From: Leucoraja erinacea
Lineage: Eukaryota
Direction: 5' to 3'
NCBI RefSeq assembly: GCF_028641065.1
Contig: NC_073394.1
Location: 14,012,001 to 14,076,000 of the forward strand
Length of the DNA: 64,000 bases
Made by a program: the position numbers and the translations under genes. This document shows, in pieces, positions 50,541 to 62,104 of this stretch (its first letter is position 1; the number at the start of each line of letters is the position of its first letter). Below the pieces are notes generated by a model. The model saw only the letters and a program-made list of their open reading frames with translations. It was not told the DNA's origin and ran no database searches.

Positions 50541-51664
50541 TAGTCCAGGCATTTACTACTCAAGAATGCAGTGAAGTGGAAAATTATTGCACTTGATTTT
50601 CCATTCGATTTGTTAATATTGATTAAGTGTATTTTGAATTTATTCTGCTCACAAGGTAAGAAAGTCGAAGGTAATAGGCTGTACCAGAATTGATTTTCGA
50701 AAGAAATAACTGCATTGATATATTAAAACTTGTTACAAGTAATTCGATGCTTATACGAGTTGCACAAATTAATATTTTATGGCTGCAATAAGCCCACAAA
50801 GTTTTACAGAGTTCTCTCAGGACAGAACTTTTCTCTTGACACTGTTGTTAATAAACCTCTTGCCGCTTGGCTTCATCTAACGCCAGCAATGTATCCAACC
50901 ATTTTGTCTTCATTGGACATTGGTGGATCAGTGCTATTTGGGGAATATGACAAAAGACAGTGAACACTCCCTAGACTCTGCTAGCATTTATTGTCCAAAT
51001 TTCCAAAGCCTGCATTATTTTACACATATGGAAAGAATATCACCAAAGTTCACATACACTGTAGTATCGTACAAGATTTATCATGGGCTCTCACCATTCA
51101 GTAGTCCAGGTGTTTTGGATTTCCATGGGGCACTTAAAAGACTTGTTCAATCCACCAAAACATGAAATAATACATTTTGGGAATAAAGTCTTGCCACTTT
51201 GTACTGAATAACAAATTTACAGCATGTGCAAATAATTTTCCAAGCTGCTGTAACCAATGAGGGGACATGAAGGAACTGATTTGTAAAATAAAAAATCATC
51301 AAGGCTTGGTGCTAAAAATTATGAATGTATATGTTTTTTTTAAATTTTTATTTGACTTTCGGAAACGTTACTGAACATATCTTTTCGTGGTTGTTTAGTT
51401 ACAGCTGCAGGACAAAAATAGCATATTCCACGTGTTCCCCAGTCAGGTTTGCTCAAAGTGCCAAAGGGAAATAATTGTTGCTTGGTGCAAGAGTGCATGA
51501 TATCTGCATAATATCCTCAAATTCTGAAATTTCAGTTAGTTTCAATGGAGCTGAATTTCAGGAACAGGGAACCACCTGTGAACGAGAAAAACCATCAGTT
51601 TTCAGTTATTTGTGTCAATATATGCAACTGCACAGTGAAATTATTTTTGCATGTATTACACATA

Positions 51665-51935
51665 CTGGACATATAGGACCAGAGGTCGTAGCCTCAGGAT
51701 TAAAGGACGCTCTTTCACAAAGGAGGTGAGGAGGAACTTCTTTAGTCAGAGGGTAGTTAATCTGTGGAACTCATTGCCACAGAGGGCTGTGGAGGCCAAG
51801 TCAGTGGATATTTTTAAGGCAGAGATAGATTAGAACGGGTGTCAAGGGTTATGGGGAGAAGGCAGGAAAATGGGATTAGGAGGTAGTGATCAGCCATGAC
51901 TCGATGGGCTGAATGACCTAATTCTACTCCTTGAA
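51665..51935 (+). mobile_element. CR1 3' fragment
   Basis: RTRGRSLRIKGRSFTKEVRRNFFSQRVVNLWNSLPQ. Confidence 0.88.
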
Positions 51936-52729
51936 CCTTTGGATTCTTGGTCCCGTCGACCGCTGAGCCTTCCAGGCGGGGAGATTAAGTGTTTAAATGC
52001 ACAAGGCAGATACCTTTGATACACCAGTGAAAATCAGCTTGAGGATTTTCAATCAATTGTAATGATAGTTATCATTATAATACAGGATATAAAAACAATA
52101 AGAACAATCACACAAATTGGAGGCATCTATTCCTATTCAGGACGAATATCAAAAAATATTATGGCAATGGATTTAATGTTGGGGGTTATCCAAGGGCTAT
52201 AGAACTATGTGGAAGTAGCAGCCATGAACTCAAAACAAGGACGGGTCTACAGAATATTTGTTCTAATGTACATTGACAGCAATCATCAGTTTGAAATTAA
52301 AAGGACAGCTTTGTAAACAGACAGAGCTGTCTACTAAGACAATTGAATACGTGAATTGAGCTTCCATCAAACCAGAAATCTTCAGCCTGAAGAAGGATCC
52401 TGACTCAAAATATCACCTCTTCATCTCCTCCTGAGCTACTGCCTGATCCCTCCAGCACTTTTTTTTTTTTTTTTTTTTTAGTAAACCAACATCTGCAGTT
52501 TCTTACGTTTCAATCTTCAGCTTCAATTATTTTGCACCATTGTGATAGAAATGAAGGAAGCTTCCTGACCAGATATATTTATTAGAGACAATGATGCTGG
52601 GTTACAAATAAAGACACAAAATGCTGGAGCATCTCTGGAGAACATGGATAGGTACCATTTCAGGAAGGGACCCTTCTTCAGATTTATTTGTTAATTGGCA
52701 CATGAAATATGGCCATAGGGATATGAGGA

Positions 52730-53522
52730 GGGGGGTGAGAGAGAGTGCCTTTTTACTTCAACCCAAACCCAAACAACTATTTGCAGGCTGTGCTTTTTTA
52801 CCTCTAACCATATTTTCATTTTCAAACCAAATTAAGTCAGGGGAGGAGGGGAGGGGGGGGGAGAGGGGGATGGGGGGGGAGAGGTGGGGAGGAGGAGAGG
52901 GGGGGGGGGGAGGAGAAGAGGAGAGGAGGGGGAGGAGAAGGGAGGGGGGAGGGGGGAGGGGGGAGAGGGGAGAGGGAGAGGGAGGGAGGGGAGAGGGGGA
53001 GGGAGGGGGGAGTGGAGAGGGAGGGGGGGGGGAGTGGAGAAAGGGGGGGGGGGGGGGGTGTGAGAGAGAGTGCCTTTTTACTTCAACCCACACCCAAACA
53101 ACTATTTGCAGGCTGTGCTTTTTTACCTCTAACCATATTTTCATTTTTAAACCAAATTAAGTGTACTCGCAGTGCTGTAGACATTTGTCAGTGTCATTCA
53201 AAGCTCTGATTGAGGCACACCACTTGCAGAGACTGATTGAGGCACACCACTTGCAGAGACTGATTGAGACACACCACTTCCTGGTTTTATAGTCGCCCCC
53301 CCTCCCTGCAGCAGGGGCAGCAGAGAGAATGGGGAATGTTGTAAAAACGTTAATATCTCTGTCAATTTTCATCAACGGGAAAAATCCTGGGCACACACGC
53401 GGCGGAGGGGGGGCTCTGAGCGAGGTGGCCAAAAATGACGGCCGTAGGTGGTGGCGTACTCTCAGAAACTGCAGCACAGAAAGCCGAAACCGGTCAAGAA
53501 CAGAGTTTTAGTAATATATAGA
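52730..53522 (-). mobile_element. Non-autonomous Helitron-like element (5' end intact, 3' end not found)
   Basis: Minus strand begins A|TCTATATATTACTAAAA; internal 27-bp tandem repeats, ~100-bp direct repeats and GA-rich tract; no TIR or TSD; no CTAG 3' end seen. Confidence 0.55.
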
Positions 53523-55023
53523 TATGTAGACACAAGAGACTCGATTTACTTGGTGTTTAAAGATTCTACCAAGTGGGTTCCAAGAAAATGCTTGTTTCCC
53601 TTGACGAATAAAGACTTTTATATCAACCAGCTTCAACCTCCGAGTGACTTCAGTTCAAAAGGTCACAACACGCAGAAAATTGAGTTTTGTCTCATTCGGC
53701 ATTTGGCAGATTCAGTTTTCCTACTGTAATACTGATTGATGGGCAATGATTTGCCTAAGCAGAAGACAAATGTGTGTCCTTTGCTATTTGCAGATCATTT
53801 CTTCTATTACTCTCAGAAACAATTACATTTACACAATAAATTCTGGCTATCGTCTATCATGCAGTTGTTAACTTAGAATGAAAGTGACAAATCTATAGTC
53901 AACTACTAATAGCACATTCTAGAATAATAACCATAATATCTTATTAATGGTATAATAGCAAGGCGTCTATATATGCAATTTATTTGTTTCTCATAAAAAT
54001 TTATATATATTAAACGTTTGACCTATTTATTTTAAACTCTTTTGACTCAATTTGTTGACATAGCAGGGGAATTAAATGCTAAGTAGACACAATGCTGGAG
54101 CAATTCAGCGGGACAGGCAGCATCTCTGGAGAGAAGGAATGAGTGGCGTTTCGGGTTGAGGCCCTTCTTCTGACCAATAGAAGCTTGCAGGCATGTTCTT
54201 CTCCAATATGGCAAAGCAGTGTTGACCCTATTACTTCAAGACGGTATCAACTGAGAAACCGGTCAAGAACAGAGTTTTAGTAATATATAGATATGTAGAC
54301 ACAAGAGACTCGATTTACTTGGTGTTTAAAGATTCTACCAAGTGGGTTCCAAGAAAATGCTTGTTTCCCTTGACGAATAAAGACTTTTATATCAACCAGC
54401 TTCAACCTCCGAGTGACTTCAGTTCAAAAGGTCACCACACGCAGAAAATTGAGTTTTGTCTCATTCGGCATTTGGCAGATTCAGTTTTCCTACTGTAATA
54501 CTGATTGATGGGCAATGATTTGCCTAAGCAGAAGACAAATGTGTGTCCTTTGCTATTTGCAGATCATTTCTTCTATTACTCTCAGAAACAATTACATTTA
54601 CACAATAAATTCTGGCTATCGTCTATCATGCAGTTGTTAACTTAGAATGAAAGTGACAGATCTATAGTCAACTACTAATAGCACATTCTAGAATAATAAC
54701 CATAATATCTTATTAATGGTATAATAGCAAGGCGTCTATATATGCAATTTATTTGTTTCTCATAAAAATTTATATATATTAAACTTTTGACCTATTTATT
54801 TTAAACTCTTTTGACTCAATTTGTTGACATAGCAGGGGAATTAAATGCTAAGTAGACACAATGCTGGAGCAATTCAGCGGGACAGGCAGCATCTCTGGAG
54901 AGAAGGAATGAGTGGCGTTTCGGGTTGAGGCCCTTCTTCTGACCAATAGAAGCTTGCAGGCATGTTCTTCTCCAATATGGCAAAGCAGTGTTGACCCTAT
55001 TACTTCAAGACGGTATCAACTGA
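53486..55023. repeat. 769-bp tandem direct duplication
   Basis: Copy 1 53486-54254, copy 2 54255-55023; three substitutions noticed by eye. Confidence 0.95.
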
Positions 55024-55444
55024 TGTGTCAAAACAACTAGACTCCGAATCAACGATTAGTAAATGTAATCTTCATTAGCACTTGAGTTACTTAAGCAGGT
55101 ATGCAAACCACTGACTTATTTTAGATTTCCAGCATCTGCAGTTTTTCTGATTAGTCTTGAAAGTAAGTAATGTACGTAAATAGTTAGTTTTCAAACTGCA
55201 AGAGTTCTGGTAGTGGACACTGATTGCAGTCTTACTAATGACCATTTAGCCGGCAGCTCAGAATGATAAGCTATTTCTGAGAGAGCCTCTGCCTTTTTAT
55301 ATACCTTCAAAGAGCTGACTCTCTATCAGGCTCATAATCATGGTGAAATATGAAGGAGTGAGAACCTCTGGATTTATTATCTTCTCTGATAGCATAACTT
55401 CTCAGCCTGAAGCATATCTGGTCAAATGGTATTCCAGACATTCC

Positions 55445-55746
55445 AGGTGCAGCAGTAGAGTTGCTGTCTTACAGTGCTTGCAGCGCCAGAGACCCGGGTT
55501 CAATCCTGACTATGGGTACTGTCTGTAGGGAGTTTGTACGCTCTCCCCGTGACCACGTGGGTTTCCTCCGAGATCTTCGGTTTCCTCCCACGCTCCAAAG
55601 GCGTACAGGTTTGTAAGTTAGTTGGTTTGGTGTAAGTATAAATTGTCCCTAGTGTGGGTGGGATAATGTGCTGGGATCGTTGGTCAGTGTGGGCCTGGTG
55701 GGCCAAAATACCTGTTTCCCCACTGTATCCCTAAACTAAACTAAAC
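55445..55746 (+). mobile_element. V-SINE (HE1-like)
   Basis: B box ggttcaatcc, V domain, (taaac)n. Confidence 0.88.
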
Positions 55747-55754
55747 ATGTGCAC

Positions 55755-56312
55755 GCAAGTATCTAGGCTGATGCTCTACTGCGATACTAAAGAAATGCTA
55801 CCTTGTCTTTTGGATAAGATGTTAAACCAAAGGCCAGTTTGCTCTGTCAGGTAGATGTTGAGTGAATCAAACATACTCACTGACGTGATACAACAGTATT
55901 TATTGAGCAAAGCTTACAGCATGTAACATTTACTGTATGGCAGCACTGACTGGCAGCACATGTCGGATTGCAATAGTATGAATAGTGTGGTAGTAGTAGG
56001 AGATTATTATAATAATAATAAAGCATTACATTGTAAGTAAAGTAACCAATCTACAGTAGACATAGAATGCTGCAATATTTTGAAGAAGCACAGTGGAGTC
56101 ATTCCTGGCGTCCCATCCAATATTTTTCCTTCAGAACATTTCGCTGAAAATCAGATTATCTCATCATTATCATTGTGCAGGTTCCAATACAATGCTGCAG
56201 CCAAACTATCTGTTGCACTACATGGACAATAGCGACAATGCCCTGAATGTACTTCATTGTCGTAAATAGATTGGAATTTCAAGAAAATGACATGAAAGGT
56301 GCAATATAAGGG
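55755..56312 (+). mobile_element. Ancient DeuSINE (SacSINE1/AmnSINE1-like) interrupted by a solo LTR
   Basis: gtcttttggataagatgttaaaccaaaggcc...caggtaga, tttgaagaagcacag...gtcccatccaatattt, cagattatct..tcattatc, gtacttcattg, tgaaaggtgcaatataa follow the Deu-domain order. Confidence 0.75.
55856..56055 (-). mobile_element. Solo LTR (200 bp, TG...CA, 5-bp TSD)
   Basis: gtaga|tgttg ... ctaca|gtaga; aataaa on minus strand near 55900 (orientation tentative). Confidence 0.7.
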
Positions 56313-56768
56313 TTAAAATGTCCCAACAAAAATGAAGAAAAGTACATGCCAAAGTCATAGAAAATGAGTTCACATCACAAGGGAATGCTGCTGTATTGCA
56401 TTTGGTAATGTGTCAATAAAATGATGCTGCGCAAACCAGCACTAAACCAGTCTGAAGAAGGGTTCCGACCTGAAACATCACCTGTCCCTTTTTTCCAAAG
56501 ATGCTGCCTGACCTTATTAAGTTACTCCAGCAATTTGTGTCTCTCTAATGTCACTTAAGCCATCAAGCGCTTATCGGTAAATCTAGGGAATTTTTAAAGG
56601 CCAATTGATAAATGGTTATCTGCTCACCACACCTTGTACTCTGGTGATGGACTACACTATGTACTGCAGATTTCATGCTCAACAATGTCTCTGCAAAATA
56701 TCTTCTATCCTATCTGCGCTTAGGAGTAAAAGTGGCATTTATTTTGGACTGCATGGAAACACTGGCAT

Positions 56769-56988
56769 GTGTAGGAAGGAGCTGTAGATGCTGGTTTAAA
56801 CCGAACATAGACACAAAAAGCTGGAGAAACTCAGCAGGACATGCAGCATCTTTGGTAAGAAGGAATGGGTGATGTTTTGGATCGAGACCCTGAGGAAGGG
56901 TCTAGACCCGAAATATCACCCATTCCTTCTCTTCAGAGATGCTGCTTGTCCCGCTGAATTACTCCAGCATTTTGTGTCTATCTTCAGA
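56769..56988. mobile_element. Palindromic PLE-derived element, 12-bp TSD
   Basis: TSD aaacactggcat at 56757-56768 and 56989-57000. Confidence 0.85.
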
Positions 56989-57037
56989 AAACACTGGCAT
57001 ATCCAATCTAACGATTTAAAGCAACTACAACAGATAT

Positions 57038-57402
57038 TAGAAACATAGAAAATAGGTGCAGGAGTAGGCCATTCGGCCCTTCGAGCCTGCACCGCCATTC
57101 AATATGATCATGGCTGATCATCCAACTCGGTATCCTGTACCTGCCTTCTCTCCATATCCCCTGATCCCTTTAGACACAAGGGCCACATCTAACTCCCTCT
57201 TAAATATAGCCAATGAACTGGCCTCAACTACCTTCTGTGGCAGAGAATTCCAGAGATTCACCGCTCTCTGTGTGAAATTTTTTTCTTCTCATCTCTGTCC
57301 TAAAAGATTTCCCCCTTATCCTTAAACTGTGACCCCTTGTTCTGGACTTCCCCAACATTGGGACGAACCTTCCTGCATTGAGCCTGTCCAACCCCTTAAG
57401 AT
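57038..57402 (-). mobile_element. Young CR1 LINE 3' fragment
   Basis: LKGLDRLNAGRFVPMLGKSRTRGHSLRIRG; CR1 tail. Confidence 0.92.
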
Positions 57403-57869
57403 TGAAATACATATTAAATACATATTAATACATATTAAGCCTTTTTTAGCTTGGAAATGTGAATAGCACGAGAGGAGAATGCCTTTCTGAATGCCTACCA
57501 GGTGTACTACATGGAAACTACAAAGGGAGTCGTTTATAGCAGTGCTTATTTAAATAACCTTTCTGCAACGTTCCAGAATGAAAGTGTAGGTGGGCTGATT
57601 GGTAAGTTTGCAGGGTACAGAAGAATTGTTGAAGTTAAGGAGAGGGAGGATGGTTGTCAAAGGATTCAGCAGGATGTAAGCCAATTGAAAATATGGGCAG
57701 AGAAATTGAAGATGGAGTTTAATTCTGACAAATGTGAAGTGATGCACATTGAGTGATCAAATGTAAGAGGGGTGTATATAACAAATGGCAAGGCTCTCAG
57801 GAGCATTGATGTGCAGAGGGTTCTTGGAGTCTAAGTCCATAGCGCCCTGAAAGTGACAACACCGGTAGG

Positions 57870-59019
57870 CGGCGCGGCTCTGGCCAGCAGCGGCCTCTGC
57901 AGCCTGTCCGCGTTTTTATTATTTTTGTCTGTGTTTTTATGTAGTTTTTGTTATTTTATGTCGGGGGGTGTGTGTGTGGGGGGATGGGGGTGGGGTGGGG
58001 GGGGGGGGGGGGGAACTTTGTGAATCTCTCCCTGCACTGGAGACCCGACCTTAAACTCGTCGGGTTGACCCATTGTCGTTGAGGCCGCAACCGGCCTCCA
58101 ACAGGAAGAGACCGGGGACTCAGGTGCCGACTCACCGTTGCCGTCGCGGAGCTGGCCGGGTCCGGAGCGGTGGAGGNNNNNNNNNNNNNNNNNNNNNNNN
58201 NNNNNNNNNNNNNNNNNNNNNNNNNNNNNNNNNNNNNNNNNNNNNNNNNNNNNNNNNNNNNNNNNNNNNNNNNNNNNNNNNNNNNNNNNNNNNNNNNNNN
58301 NNNNNNNNNNNNNNNNNNNNNNNNNNNNNNNNNNNNNNNNNNNNNNNNNNNNNNNNNNNNNNNNNNNNNNNNNNNNNNNNNNNNNNNNNNNNNNNNNNNN
58401 NNNNNNNNNNNNNNNNNNNNNNNNNNNNNNNNNNNNNNNNNNNNNNNNNNNNNNNNNNNNNNNNNNNNNNNNNNNNNNNNNNNNNNNNNNNNNNNNNNNN
58501 NNNNNNNNNNNNNNNNNNNNTCTCTACAGGTCTGTGGACGGCGGCGCCGGGAGCCCACGGCTCCTTGGAAGGAGACCGCTTCTCAGGGCTCCTGCAACGG
58601 CGACTTCTCCCGCCCGAGTTGCGGGGTTGAAGAGCTCCTGGAGCGGGGCCTGACACCACTGCCCCGCGCGGCTGGAATGGCCGCGGACTCTGCGAGCGCA
58701 CACCGGGGGCTCCAACATCAAGACCCGGTGTGCGACCTCGCACCACCCGGCGTGGCTTTAATGGCCGCGGGACAATCGCCATCGCCAGCCGGGGGCTATG
58801 ACTTTGACTCTGACATCGGGGGGGAGGAGAGTGCAGTGGAGAGATAAGTTTATTTGGCCTTCCATCACAGCTATGTGATGGATGTTTATGTTAAATGTAA
58901 TTATTGTTGTGTCTGGGGTCTATTTGTATGTAATGTATGGCTGCAGAAACGGCATTTCGTTTGGACCTCCAGGGGTCCAAATGACAATTAAATTGACTCT
59001 GACTCTGACTCTGACTCTG
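57870..59019 (+). mobile_element. CpG-rich non-autonomous retroposon with (GACTCT)n tail
   Basis: Near-TSD accggtagg (57861-69) / accagtagg (59020-28); terminal hairpin ttggacctccaggggtccaa before tail; spans the gap. Confidence 0.7.
58177..58520. other. Assembly gap (344 N)
   Basis: Run of n. Confidence 1.
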
Positions 59020-60300
59020 ACCAGTAGGTAGGATGGTTAAATCGATACACAGCATGTTTGCCTTCATTGGTTGAATTGTTGAGTATAAAAATTGGGATGA
59101 TGGACACAAAATGCTGAAGTAACTCAGCGGGTCAGGCAGCAGCTCTGGAGAAAAGGAACAGGTGACGTTTCGGGTGGGAACTCTCCTTCAGACTCGGTAT
59201 AGATGCTGCCTGACCCATGAATTACGGCAGCATTTTGTGTCTATCTTCAGTATAAACCAGCATCTGATGTCCCTTGCTGCACATAAAAGTCGGGAAGCCT
59301 TGTCGAAGTTGTAGAAAGCTTTCTTTAGGCCACCTTTGGATAATTGTGTGCAGTTCTGGTCCCTGCATTACAGAAAAAAGGTGGAAGCTATGGGGAAGAT
59401 GCAGAAGTTACTAAGATATTGCCGGGATTAGAAAACATTCGCTTTCTGGAGAGGTCAGACAAACTTTTATTGCTTCCTCATCAGAGGCTAATGGGGAAAC
59501 TTGATAAAAAAATATATAAATTAGTGAGATGCATAAACAGTGTCAATAATCAGGGTCGTTTTCCCAGGGTGGAAATGTCAAATATAGAGGTGAAAGGGGA
59601 ATTGTTTCAAGGAGAATTACAAAGCAAGTTTTTTTCATAGAAAATCATCAATGCCTGGTGCATGCTGCTGGGGGAAATGGTGAAAACCTAATAAGAAGAC
59701 ACCATGTAAGAGGCATTTGTGCAGACATGTGAACAGGAAGATATAGACCATGTGCAGGCAGATGAGTAATTTAAATCGGCATGAAGGTCAACACCCACAG
59801 ACACCGAAGGGCTTGTTCCTTAGCTGTAATGTTCGATGTGCTTTGTACACGTATAAACGAATGAATGGAGACGGAGAAATTTTGTGATACTTTTGCCGAT
59901 GATTTTACCGGGAAATGTCCTAGTAAACAGAACAAGTGTTGTGTTCTTGTGCGAAAGCACCAGTCTACCTATTAGTAATCTTCAGAGATTATCTTCATTC
60001 TTTTATCACGTCCTATCTTTAGTAGATACTAATGAGGTCACTGGAAATGAGCATGAGGGAAAGCCAGGGGCATAAGAATTGAACACAAAAAAAATAGACA
60101 AATTCCCTTTCTCTAAAATTATTGCATGCACCTTTCATGATTTTAATAGTGATGGATAGTGGATATATATAGATGTACTCTTTGGTTTCAGAAAGTCATC
60201 AGACTGGGATGTTCTATTAAGGCTTTCCTCACCGGCATGGATTTTTAATCTGAGAGTGGGTCTTCCTATTGTCACGGCTAACGAGGCTCATTCTCATTAC

Positions 60301-60466
60301 CTTCAGCAGTTCTTTATACAGAAACGGGTGACACGTGGGAAAGGTTGTTAGAAGTATGCTGCAGTCCATAATGGAGGCACAAATATGTACTGTATGCAGC
60401 TTTGGTATATTTAAAGGCAGTGATGATCTCCAAACACACCGTTCTAAATCATCCAACAAAGAATAA
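60301..60466 (-). CDS. Candidate coding exon of unknown host gene
   Basis: ttctctgtatctAG acceptor, AAG|GTAATG donor, single open frame YSLLDDLERCVWRSSLPLNIPKLH...HPFLYKELLK. Confidence 0.28.
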
Positions 60467-61189
60467 CTAGATACAGAGAATTAATTGATTAGGTGGATGC
60501 ATGAAATCTTTCCCTTTTATATGGCTGTAGCCTATGAAATATTAATTCATCACCAGAATATGAAAGTTGACCCATCCTTGTTTCAAGAATGGAAAAACGC
60601 AGATTTACAAATGCAAACATTTGATCTTATGATTGTGTGAGTTTAACAGTGATACAATCTGAATCTTGTTTTCATGCTACTTTAGACTGGCTGATAGAAG
60701 AAACAAGGAACTGCAGATGTTGGTTTACTCGTGATGTGCCTCAGGTGTCAGTGCTGGGCCCATTTCTGTTTGTGGTTTATATCAATGATTTGATACAATG
60801 AAAAAATACCAGGCATGATACATAAGTTTGCAGATGGCATGAAAGTGGGTGGCATCGTAGAGCGCGTGAAAGGTTATCAAAAACTGAAGCAGGATCTTGA
60901 TCAGGTGGACTGAGGTATGGTTAATGAAGTTTTGGATTGAGCTGGAAAGTGAACGAACGCAGGGACAGAAAAAAATGAATCTGAATCTGAAATGCTGGAG
61001 TAACACGCAGATCAGGCAGCAAATTTGGAGAACATGGATAGGTGACATTTCGGGCTGGGATCTTTCTTCCGGCTGATTCTTCAGATTTATCCCCTCTATA
61101 TGTGTGTCTTCTTTTATAGACCGTCTGAAACCTTGGCTTTTCTACGGGTTTTTTTTGTCCCATCAACAGTATCCAAAACTGTATACCTC

Positions 61190-61485
61190 TGTTGAAGGGG
61201 AATGGCCATAGGGGTCAGATGCACATTCTGCCTACTGCCCTTCTTAGTGGCCATCCACCTACTCTCTTACTAGAACTTAGGCATGATCACCTCACTATAA
61301 ATCTTATTCAAGAAGTCCTCCTTTTTTCCCGATGACCCTTATGCCATCCAGTTGCAGCTCCAATTCCCTAATGTGGTCTGTGCAGAGCTGAATCTGGACA
61401 CAATTACTGTAGGTTTAGTCATCAGGGATACAGACAGTTCCCCTGACTTCCCAATATGTTGCAGGAAGAGCATTGCACCATTCTA
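61190..61485 (-). mobile_element. Degenerate CR1 ORF1 N-terminal zinc finger / leucine zipper fragment
   Basis: Minus strand VQCSSC...PDD...CVQIQLCTDHIRELELQLD. Confidence 0.65.
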
Positions 61486-62104
61486 CCTGCCATCACTACT
61501 GCACTGAAACAAGAAACACAAAGCACCAGAAGCACACACAACAAGTATAACAGACTTTATATTTACCTCCGACCCCATCTCCTCAGACTCCCTGCTGAAG
61601 GCACATTTGCCCTCTGCATAGCCTCTCTCCCACCATGGCTGCTCCATATAGGTCACTCCGCTACACCATGCCTTTTTATTCGCTTGATCCAACCAATCCA
61701 ATCCGTCTCCCACTCCGGCCTAACATTAATGATGGTTGCCGTGGACTTCATGATCCAAAGGACCTGTTTCCAAGCTGTATGTCTAAACTAAACTAATATT
61801 CCTGTTTTGATGTTGCTTTATCCCCTTTGCTGGTCGATATCTATACCTCTGGCATTTTCATTCTTTCTTGCTCTGCCAATGTTTGCTATCTTCAAACGAT
61901 GAAACAATGAGGGAAAGAGATGGTAGTGAAGATTTCCTTTCAATCAAAACAAGAATAAAACCATTCATCAGCTACTCTTGGAGATTATTTAATCAAAAAG
62001 CTAAAATGTTTCACAGGAAAAATTACCTCGTGAAATACAATCTTGCAATTGTCAGAAAAAAACGTAATTTTTGGCTGCATGTTTTGCTCCTCAATGTGGT
62101 TTCA

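Larger units (their letters stand above)
57575..59830 (+). mobile_element. Old CR1 RT/3' region with two nested insertions
   Basis: IGKFAG...WAEKLKMEFNSDKCEVMH; resumes at 59021; CVQFWS at 59345; nested elements at 57870-59019 and ~59100-59282. Confidence 0.8.

Noticed and set aside
52621-53209. Gly/Glu-rich and Pro-rich ORFs of 128-179 aa
   Set aside because: Low-complexity GA tract with no stops; no domain or splice evidence
53205-53285. 27-bp repeats as a CRISPR-like array
   Set aside because: Head-to-tail with no spacers, eukaryotic context, no cas genes
57956-58847. Several ORFs of 171-225 aa
   Set aside because: They read through the N gap and GC-rich repeat sequence
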